Positions 12,783 through 21,486 of a stretch of DNA of 64,000 nt are shown here, one piece after another. Position 1 is the first letter of the stretch. Every line of letters starts with the position of its first letter. The DNA is from Azolla caroliniana (Eukaryota; Plantae; Polypodiophyta), in assembly GCA_043228905.1 (NCBI GenBank), contig JBHGNT010000006.1, positions 7,688,001 to 7,752,000 of the forward strand, read 5' to 3'. The notes beneath the pieces were generated by a model. That model was not told the origin of the DNA. It saw only the letters and a list, made by a program, of their open reading frames with translations, and did no database searches. Both the position numbers and the translations under genes were made by a program.

Positions 12783-12835
12783 TAGTGTAATGGTAAGACA
12801 TTACATTATTAACATGGAGGTGCAAGGTTCGAATC
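12783..12835 (+). promoter_or_regulatory. tRNA-like Pol III A-box/B-box cassette in the F LTR (copies at 20977-21029 + and 8911-8963 -)
   Basis: A box TAGTGTAATGG, 32-nt spacer, B box GGTTCGAATC within stem GCAAG...CTTGC, followed by TTTT runs; acceptor stem not intact. Confidence 0.6.
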
Positions 12836-14460
12836 TTGCCCTATGCATGTTCCATTTATTTTGCTATTTTCTTCTATTTCTTCATTTTTTATTAAATCTA
12901 ATACTATATACGTTTTTCACGTAGTGTACAAAATACACTACGACACTCACCCCCTCCAAACCCGCACATCCTCCGGTATGTGCCGAAGTTGTTGGTGTTT
13001 GTTAGTCTCCTCCGTCCAGTCTCTACCCGATTGGTTTCGTTGCCGGCTCGTAGTACCCTCGACTTCTCTTGTTATGTTGACTTTGTCTCTCCATTTGGAG
13101 CACATCCATTCTTTCCACCCGAACCATTGTCGACATCCGATCCACCATAGTCTTCGTTCGCTTTTTGCATGGCCCGCTTGGTCCTTGTCATCCGCGGTGG
13201 TATCTTTTCTTGCCCTCTTTCTTTTCTTCATCAATCTCGACTTCTTTTCGGATTTTCGGTTTAGTCGGATTAGCTTACTTCCGATTCGGTCTCGTCGGAT
13301 CGTCTTTCGTTTAGTTCGGCTTCCTTTCCGATTTGTATTCGGTCGATCCGGACTCGGTTGATCGGTTTTTACCGATTCAGTGCTCTTTCGGGTCGGTTTC
13401 TTTTCTTTTCTTTTCGTCCGGATTTGCTTTCTTTTCTTCGTTTTCACCTGCCTTGTCCGGTTCGACTTTCGACACTTCTTTCCGTTGTTCGCTACGTAGG
13501 TCCTCCGATATGTGCTCGTTGTTCGGTCCTCGTGTGGTTGTAATGCATGCTTCTTTTCTCGCCGTAGCGCATGCTTCTTTATTCGCCATAACACGCGTTT
13601 CTTTATTCGCCGTAGAGCGTGCTCTGTATTACGCGCTTCTCCCGTCGTAGACCCGACCTCCGCATTGTCGCACTTTCTTTTAGATTGGAATTTCGGATGG
13701 ATCATTTTCCATCCGAACCGACTTCCGACTTTACCTTCCTCGCCGCCATCTCCCGTCTCTCCGGTCTCACGTTGGTTCTCGGACACAACCGCCGAAGTCT
13801 CTAGATATTGTTGGCATGAATCCTCGGTATTACCTTCTTTCGTAGTTTCACCCTTAGCATTCTTCTCGGCTATCTCTTCATCGTATTCGTCAGCTTCGAC
13901 ATTCGTTTTCTCTCCGCCACCTTCCGTCTCTTCGGTCTCACGTTGCCTTTCGATCGCAACCGCCGGAGTCTCTGGAATCAGTGGTGGGGAAGTCTCGATA
14001 TGGCAATCCGCCATTGATTCGTCCATAGCCACCTCCGATTCGATTTCGTCTTTTGTGGCTACCTCCTTAATCACATCCGCTTCACACTCTTTATCTGCAT
14101 CAATTATGCAAACATCTATTATGCTTACCCCTTTTTGACCCGATGTTTCGGATACTTGTATCCCGAAATTTCCTTCTACACTTGAATTATCGGCCTTATC
14201 CTTCGCCATCGTTCTTTCACAAGACGAGTGGGTGTCTTGTTCCACTCTTTCTCCCGTGGTACCATCATGTTGTATTTCGGCCTTCATATTGGCTTCATCG
14301 TTTTTCCTCAATCGACCATCCTTCATGGGCCATGTCGTTGTTGACGAGATTCTCAGCTTCCTTTCATCATGTCTTCGGCATACCCTTTCGACTTTAGCCC
14401 AATCCTCAGTAAGGCCGTTCGCACCGTCATCATCTTCGAGTTCGATCCCAATGTCCATCC

Positions 14461-14545
14461 TGTTGGAAGCAATGTCGTCAGTGCGGAAGATCTTGAAGCA
14501 CTCGATTCCTGTTTGTTCCCTGCGTATGACAGAGTGTAGGTCGTT

Positions 14546-14576
<31 letters not shown>

Positions 14577-17500
14577 CACAAAAGAGTTTCTTATTTCACA
14601 AAGCAATAATACAACAACCAACCTCACAAAGAGGTTACAAGGTCACTATATATAGTGACCGACTTAGGGCAACTACCCTCTATGCTAATTACATAAATGG
14701 CCGAAACGGGATGGTGTGAATACGTCCATTATACACATGTATTCGACACTCCCCCGTAATGGGCGTATACATGGGTTATCTAAGATTACAGGTATAGACT
14801 TAGGTTCTCGGACATATCAGCTTTGTTCGAGTCGGCAGGATCCGAAGACAGAAGACCGAACTGGTCGGGTCGGAACAGTTGAAGCCGATCATTAAGGAGC
14901 TGATGTCGGTTGTCGGGAACCATCCTGCTCTGTGTCCGGCTCTAACCGGACTGGTTTGTCGTTACGCCCATCTGATGCCGAAGAGACCGAAAACGGTCTG
15001 CCGAGAGACATTTGGTCATTCCATCTGCGACATTATCGGTTGTGGATATTTTCTCTAGACCGATTTTCCCTGAAATGACGCAGTCCCGAACGAAGTGATA
15101 TCGAACGTCGATATGTTTGGAGGCGTTGTGGTGAACCGGATTTTTCGACAAGGCAACAGCACCTTGACTGTCGCTGTAGACAACTGGAGCCGAGTCATGT
15201 TCGACTTGTCGAAACGTGTGCGCCAGCCGACCGAGCCACAAAGCTTCTTTTGCTGCGTCGGACGCAGCTACATATTCTGCTTCGGTCGTTGAGGTCGTTG
15301 TGCACTCCTGAAGTTTCGACTTCCACGAGATTGCTCCATTGCCGAATTTGAAGCAGTATCCGGTTGTTGATTTCCGACTGTCTATACAGCCGGCGAAGTC
15401 CGAGTCGGTGTAACCGACTACGCCTGAGGTTCGGTTCGGTCCGAAAAGAATGCCATGGTCTTTTGTGCCAGCCAGATATCTGAACACATGCTTGACTGCG
15501 TTCCAATGCGATCGGCCAGGATTGTGCATAAATCTGCTAACGACTCCTACGGCATGAGAGATGTCAGGCCGTGTCGCGACCATCAGGTACATAAGGGAGC
15601 CGACTGCCGGTGCATACGGTACCGACTTCATATCTTCCCCCTCCGAACCGGATGTCGGGCAGTCTCGCTGAGAGAGCCGAAGATTCATAGGGAGTGGGGT
15701 TGAAGCAGATTTGGCTGATTGCATGTTGAAGCGTTCCAAGACACGTCCGATATAGTCGGTCTGAGACAAAAAAAGATGTCGTTTATCGCGGTGCCGACTG
15801 ATCTTCATGCCAAGGATGTGTCGTGCCGGACCGAGGTCCTTCATGGCAAACTTCAACCGCAGTTGCCGAACGAGATCGGCAAGTTCGCCCGCGTGGCGTC
15901 CAGAAATTAGCATGTCGTCCACGTAAATGATGAGGAAGATGGGTGATCCATCTCGAGCTGTGTTGGTGAAGAGACAATGGTCCTCATCGCTTTTGGAGAA
16001 GCCGATTGATTGGATGAAGTCGTCGAACTTCTTGTACCATTGTCGCGGTGCCTGTTTGAGGCCATATAGACTCTTCCTGAGTCGGCAGACTAGATGTTCT
16101 TGGCCAGTTGCCACGAAGCCTTTTGGCTGCTCCATATAAATTTCCTCCTCGAGATCACCATGGAGGAAGGCTGTTTTGACATCTAGCTGAATCAGCTCCA
16201 AGTTGTCGGCTGCCACGACGCCGAGCAGAAGACGAAGGGTTGTCATTTTCACCACTGGTGAAAAAATCTCGTCGAAGTCGACGCCATATTCTTGTCGGAA
16301 GCCCTTCGCAACTAATCTGGCCTTGTACTTTGGGGTGGTCGAATCAGACGTCTCTTTTAGTCGATAAACCCACTTGCAAGGAAGAGCACGTCGGTTCCTA
16401 GGTAATTCGACCAGATCCCAAGTCTTGTTTGCCCGGATGGAGTGCATTTCCGACTCCATCGCCAGATGCCAGGTGGCCGAATCGACAGATGTCGATGCTT
16501 CTTCGTAAGACGTCGGTTCGCCGGCGTCGGTGAAGAAAATTCCAGGAGAATACCTCTCCGGAGGTTGCGACAGTCTCTCGGATCGTCGAGGTATGATTGG
16601 ACTGGTCGCATCGGGTATCGAGGTCGGATGGTCCGAAACCGAATCATTCGGCTGTGCCGAGTCAGAGTTGTCCGAGTCGGTAGTATAAGGTTCAGCTACC
16701 CGTGAAGCTGACCGTGTGTTGAGAGCGGGGCCTTCTTGAAGGGTCGGCACATCGGAGAATGTTACCCTTCGGACTTCGATCGGTTTTTCGACTGATGGAT
16801 TCATAGCCGACTCGTTGAACACAACGTCCGAACTTCGAACGATTTGTCTGCGTTCGGGGTCCCAGAGTCGGTATCCCATTTCGCCGTCTGATCCATATCC
16901 AAGGAAAATGCATTTCCTGGACCGAGGTGCAAGTTTTCGGCGATCATCTTTCGGAATGAGGGCGTACGCCTCGCATCCGAAGATCCTCAGCTTGTCGTAA
17001 TTCGGCTTACTGCCGATCCATAGTTCCTGAGGAATTTGAAGTCCTAGAGGTCTACTTGGCGACATATTGATTATGTGTACTGCCGTGAGTAGAGCCTCTG
17101 CCCAGAAGCCATCCGACAGTCGGGAGTGTTGGAGCATGGAAACTATCCGTTCTTGGATTGTCCGATTCATTCGTTCTGCAATCCCGTTTTGCTCCGGACT
17201 GTGTGGTGCCGTAAATTCACGTCGGATGCCGCGTTGTCGGCAGAATTTGACGAATTCGTCGGATTTGAACTCTCCCCCATTATCGGTCCGAAGGCATTTC
17301 AGCTTTCGGTCGGTTTGATTTTCTACCATAGCGAGCCAATCGGTGAAGATCGAGAAGACACGATCTTTGGTGCGAATTGGATAAGCCCACACCTTTCGAG
17401 TCGAATCGTCAATAAAACTGACGAAGTAAGAGGCACCGCCTAGAGACTGATTCGGCATTGGGCCACAGACGTCCGAATGGACTAAATCGAGAGGTCTCGT

Positions 17501-19631
17501 TTCTTTTGGTGCTGATGTCGGGTGTGATGCGGCTACTTGTTTGCCATACTGGCAATGCTCGCAGAATTGATGGTCGGAGAAGGAGAGTTTGGGGATGTAC
17601 CCGGCTCTGGATAGATGCGTGATGCCGGCCTTGCTGAGGTGTCCTAATCTTCGGTGCCATAGTGATGACACAGGGATGTCCACCAAAAACAGGTTACCCT
17701 CTCTGAGCGTAACATGTAACGGATACAGGGAGTGTATCTTGGGTCCTCTAGCAAGCAGGAGGTTCCCCCTGTGGAGTGTCCGCCCTCCCGAAGAAAAACC
17801 GGCACGAATGCCGTCTTCATCTAGTTGTCCGACTAAGATCAATGGCCTTGAGAGCTCGGGTACATGTCGGACATTGTGGAGTACAAGTGTAGAGCCACCT
17901 GCAAGGTTGAGCTCTACTGTGCCAATTCCGATGATGTCACAGTGTTGTGAGTTGCCGACCCGAACTGAGTCGGAGTGACGGATCGTATATTGCCGAAATT
18001 GGGACCGATGAGGAGTCACATGAAATGACGCGCCCGAATCCAAGAGCCATGTGCTCGATTCTTCAGTCGTGAGCAGAACTTCGGATCCGACTGGATTTTC
18101 GATTGACAGTATATTCGGGTCGTCCGGTAGTACATCAGCCGAGAAGCTGACGTAATTGATCTCCTCATGCCGGCCACTCTTCTTGTTGTTCTTGTTCTTG
18201 AGTGCGCGGCAGTCGGCTTTGATGTGTCCGGATTTCTTGCAATAGTTGCAGATTCGGTTATCCCGTGACTGGCTCCGTCTTCGCTGATTGTTCGGCGGCC
18301 GTGAGGAATCTCGTCCTCGTATGTTCGATCGGTCTGTCGAACCTTGTACTACGTAGGCGTCGTCTGTTGAGTCTTTGGCGAAAGACTTTCTCCGAGCTGC
18401 TTCGGTCAGAATTGCGCTCGTGACTTCGGAGTATTTGACAGCCGTGGTTGACGCGTTGCACACGGTTGTGACGAAAGTTTCCCATGATGAGGGAAGGCTG
18501 CTCATGAGTATCATTGCTCTGAGTTCATCCTCGATTGTCGTCCCCTGTGACGAGATTTGGGAGCTTATGCTTTCGTACTCATTGAGGTGTGCTTGAACCG
18601 AGTCGGATTCTTTCATCCGCAAGTTGTAGAGGCGCCGGATCAGAAACATCTTCGTTGCGGCGACCTTCTTTTCGTAAGTGTCCGACAGTGTTTTCCACAG
18701 TTCGAATGCTGTCGTACACGATTGCACCGTGAAGTATACCGATTCCGATAGGTGCATCCGAATCGTGGCGCGGACGATTCTGTCCAGCTTCTGCCACTCA
18801 ATTGGTTTGTATCCTTCTGGAGGTTCTTCATTTTCGATGGGATCGATTTGCCCCTTGACTATGAGATAGTCCTGCATTTGCTCCTTCCAGAAGTTAAAGT
18901 TCGATCCATCGAACTTTCGTAGACTCATTTCTGACGAGCCGGATGTTGATGCCATCAAATTTGGTTTCGGTTGACGAAGCTCGGTTCGGAGTTGACTACG
19001 AATCTTGTTGGAGTGCAGCCTGTTGGCTCACCCGATATCGTTCTAGTCGGATTTGAACCCGAGTCGGTTCGGCTTCGGATATATGTATTGTTGAACTTGC
19101 TCGAATTGACTACGGTAACCTGAGGGACAGAACCGACTGGTCTTCCCGAATGTCGCCGAGTCGGAGTGAGCCCGGTTCGCTTCGGATATATATGCCGAAT
19201 ACCGATTATTGAAACCGATTATCTGGACCGATTCGGCTTCGGGTGACTGCAGCGACGAGAGAGACGGATCCGACTGATCCTCCCGAATGTCGATCAGCCA
19301 GATGAAGCACGAATTTGGGTTGTTGTCAAAGTTGCACAAGGGGATTTCACCTCGAGCGGTTACGATCACAAGGGACAGAGTACAACCTGCTGGCTTACTC
19401 CAAGCAAGGGGATCTAACGCGATGAGGTGCAAACCTCGTTTTTGTTCTTCTTCTCTCTTTCTTCGAATGACGCAGGAAACCGAATGCAGAGACGACGGCC
19501 GACAGCGGATTGAAGGACCGACTACTGTGCAGGCTCTGATACCAGATGTTTGAAGCAATGTCGTCAGTGCGGAAGATCTTGAAGCACTCGATTCCTGTTT
19601 GTTCCCTGCGTATGACAGAGTGTAGGTCGTT

Positions 19632-19669
<38 letters not shown>

Positions 19670-19838
19670 AAAAGAGTTTCTTATTTCACAAAGCAATAAT
19701 ACAACAACCAACCTCACAAAGAGGTTACAAGGTCACTATATATAGTGACCGACTTAGGGCAACTACCCTTTATGCTAATTACATAAATGGCCGAAACGGG
19801 ATGGTGTGAATACGTCCATTATACACATGTATTCGACA
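14461..19838 (-). mobile_element. Element G: full-length, structurally intact Ty1/copia (Tnt1/Tork-like)
   Basis: LTRs 19547-19838 and 14461-14748 (2 substitutions and a 4-bp AG length difference seen); 5-bp TSD CATCC; PBS TGGTATCAGAGC (tRNA-iMet) 19533-19544; PPT GGGGGAG at 14749-14755. Confidence 0.97.
14942..18955 (-). CDS. Ty1/copia gag-pol polyprotein (1337 aa from ATG)
   Basis: Uninterrupted ORF: CNYCKKSGHIKADC, protease WLLDSGAS, integrase HRRLGH..CEHC, HSDVCG/RTDNGGEF/NGIAER, RT YVDD, RNaseH YTDSD/EAEY/YSDSQ/ADGMTK. Confidence 0.97.
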   Translation of the reverse strand: MASTSGSSEMSLRKFDGSNFNFWKEQMQDYLIVKGQIDPIENEEPPEGYKPIEWQKLDRIVRATIRMHLSESVYFTVQSCTTAFELWKTLSDTYEKKVAATKMFLIRRLYNLRMKESDSVQAHLNEYESISSQISSQGTTIEDELRAMILMSSLPSSWETFVTTVCNASTTAVKYSEVTSAILTEAARRKSFAKDSTDDAYVVQGSTDRSNIRGRDSSRPPNNQRRRSQSRDNRICNYCKKSGHIKADCRALKNKNNKKSGRHEEINYVSFSADVLPDDPNILSIENPVGSEVLLTTEESSTWLLDSGASFHVTPHRSQFRQYTIRHSDSVRVGNSQHCDIIGIGTVELNLAGGSTLVLHNVRHVPELSRPLILVGQLDEDGIRAGFSSGGRTLHRGNLLLARGPKIHSLYPLHVTLREGNLFLVDIPVSSLWHRRLGHLSKAGITHLSRAGYIPKLSFSDHQFCEHCQYGKQVAASHPTSAPKETRPLDLVHSDVCGPMPNQSLGGASYFVSFIDDSTRKVWAYPIRTKDRVFSIFTDWLAMVENQTDRKLKCLRTDNGGEFKSDEFVKFCRQRGIRREFTAPHSPEQNGIAERMNRTIQERIVSMLQHSRLSDGFWAEALLTAVHIINMSPSRPLGLQIPQELWIGSKPNYDKLRIFGCEAYALIPKDDRRKLAPRSRKCIFLGYGSDGEMGYRLWDPERRQIVRSSDVVFNESAMNPSVEKPIEVRRVTFSDVPTLQEGPALNTRSASRVAEPYTTDSDNSDSAQPNDSVSDHPTSIPDATSPIIPRRSERLSQPPERYSPGIFFTDAGEPTSYEEASTSVDSATWHLAMESEMHSIRANKTWDLVELPRNRRALPCKWVYRLKETSDSTTPKYKARLVAKGFRQEYGVDFDEIFSPVVKMTTLRLLLGVVAADNLELIQLDVKTAFLHGDLEEEIYMEQPKGFVATGQEHLVCRLRKSLYGLKQAPRQWYKKFDDFIQSIGFSKSDEDHCLFTNTARDGSPIFLIIYVDDMLISGRHAGELADLVRQLRLKFAMKDLGPARHILGMKISRHRDKRHLFLSQTDYIGRVLERFNMQSAKSASTPLPMNLRLSQRDCPTSGSEGEDMKSVPYAPAVGSLMYLMVATRPDISHAVGVVSRFMHNPGRSHWNAVKHVFRYLAGTKDHGILFGPNRTSGVVGYTDSDFAGCIDSRKSTTGYCFKFGNGAISWKSKLQECTTTSTTEAEYVAASDAAKEALWLGRLAHTFRQVEHDSAPVVYSDSQGAVALSKNPVHHNASKHIDVRYHFVRDCVISGKIGLEKISTTDNVADGMTKCLSADRFRSLRHQMGVTTNQSG

Positions 19839-21420
19839 CATCCTTTCTTTCCGATCGATCGATCTTATGAACATTAAGACTTTATCTTCTCCCACCAATC
19901 TTCGTTCCCGCTCCGAGAGTCGAGCAAAACAATGCTCGAACTCTAGGAACGCTTGCGTTGCACTTCGGTGAGTCTTCTCCGACGCCACCCATTCGTCGAA
20001 TTCTCGTCGATCTCGTCCCGTCCATCTCTCATAGTCATATGCCTCCCGTAAAGCTTCTTCAAAGGACTCCCATGTCGAGTTTTGTTGTTGTATCTTGTGG
20101 ATTCTCTCTTGTAGTTCGTCCGAGGCCACCCGACTAAAGGATATCACTTGCAATCCTTCCGGTATCCGATATTGCATCATCTCCGCCTTATATTCACGTA
20201 GGTAGCGTGACACACCCTTACCGTTGAATTCCCCATTTCGTCGCAGAAGCCGCTCTACTGCCGCCTTCATCTCCGACATCGCACGTTGTTCTTGTTGCAT
20301 CCGCTCAAACATTATCATCATCATGTTCATCGCCTCTTGTTGATTCTCCATCTCCTTGCCACCCGCCTTCACGTCGGGTTCACCAACTGTGTCGTGCCTT
20401 TCGGCTCCGGATCGTTGCGTGAGTCGGGTGGGAACCACTGGGGTTTTGGACTAGGAGAAAGAAGAATATGAGATGAGGCTAGTAATGGATAGATTATTAG
20501 AAAGAGAGATAGAAATTTCGTGAATCCCACGAGTGTATTGTATTCGATTAATCAATATTTAGATAAGAATATGTATTTAGATTGAAAGAAAGATATAAGA
20601 AACTTGTGAATCCCACAAGTATAGATTATATTATTTTCGTGAATCCCACGATTATATTAATCGGTTGGTGTTTTCGGAAATATATCCAATTTCCAAATAT
20701 TTCACACACAATTACATTGTGCTTCCCATCCTTATGTAGTGATGAGGAAGTCTTAGTAATCCATGCTTTTTTCTCTAACTATAGACCCCATGCTTTTCCT
20801 ATAGATAGACTATATGCTTTATCTAAAGTGATCATGCTTTTTCTAACTTGTGCGTTTTTTATCATGCACGCTAGATGTGTATGTGTAGCTTTTTCTTTTG
20901 TTATGCGTTTTTCTAATGTTTATCCTAGCGTGAATTTACCTTTCTATGTGGGACATTTTTAACACTAATGAAATGCTAGTGTAATGGTAAGACATTACAT
21001 TATTAACATGGAGGTGCAAGGTTCGAATCTTGCCCTATGCATGTTCCATTTATTTTGCTATTTTCTTCTATTTCTTCATTTTTTATTGAATCTAATACTA
21101 TATACGTTTTTCACGTAGTGTACAAAATACACTACGACAACGCGCGCCACGAAAGAACTACATGGAGCCTGCCCGAACGTATGGGTGAAAATCGGCGATG
21201 TTGAGATCGACTAGCACTTCTTCGTGCAGGAGACGTCCTCACATCCGGTTATTCTAGGAGAACCATACATCACGGTGGCACGGATGGAGACCAAGGTGTT
21301 GGACAACGGTTCGGCCTATGCAAGAGTCAAGAGCCAGGACGAGCGTCACTTGGTCCAGTTCCTGACAGTGCGACCAAACCATGAGCGTAACTGCGAGACC
21401 CTCGGTGGCGAAACCCGGGG

Positions 21421-21486
21421 GGATTTTTAGAGAGGGCTATCAAGGCGTGGGGCCGCGATAGTCCGGACACCCCAAAAAAACCCCAC
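21421..21486 (+). promoter_or_regulatory. Putative -1 programmed ribosomal frameshift signal between gag-protease and RT (element D)
   Basis: G GAT TTT then TAG; 6-nt spacer; stem GGGCTATC/GATAGTCC; loop GTGGGG complementary to downstream CCCCAC (21481-21486). Confidence 0.7.

Larger units (their letters stand above)
12947..20351 (-). pseudogene. Single 673-codon gag-like ORF of F, split by copia G (join 20351-19839 and 14455-12947)
   Basis: Removing G and one CATCC gives ...DRKERM-DIGIELEDDDG..., as in the uninterrupted E gag; frame stays open through acidic then K/R-rich tail to a TGA in the PPT. Confidence 0.85.
12196..21139 (-). mobile_element. Element F: complete gag-only (pol-less) LTR retrotransposon, about 3.56 kb without the nested copia
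   Basis: 750-bp LTRs 20390-21139 and 12196-12945 (3 substitutions seen by eye); TSD ACGC (12192-12195, 21140-21143), removal restores RAAT-RATKELHG of D; Trp PBS 20368-20385; PPT next to 12945; no PR/RT/RH/INT motifs. Confidence 0.93.

Noticed and set aside
12775-12850. Functional tRNA gene
   Set aside because: Acceptor stem does not pair and the anticodon loop lacks U33; kept only as a tRNA-like promoter cassette.
13512-14609. Plus-strand ORFs of 208 and 125 aa
   Set aside because: Antisense shadows of the compositionally biased F gag tail; no recognisable motifs.
19043-19717. 224-aa ORF upstream of the copia polyprotein
   Set aside because: Crosses LTR microsatellite, PBS and leader, non-ATG start, no domain; likely chance.
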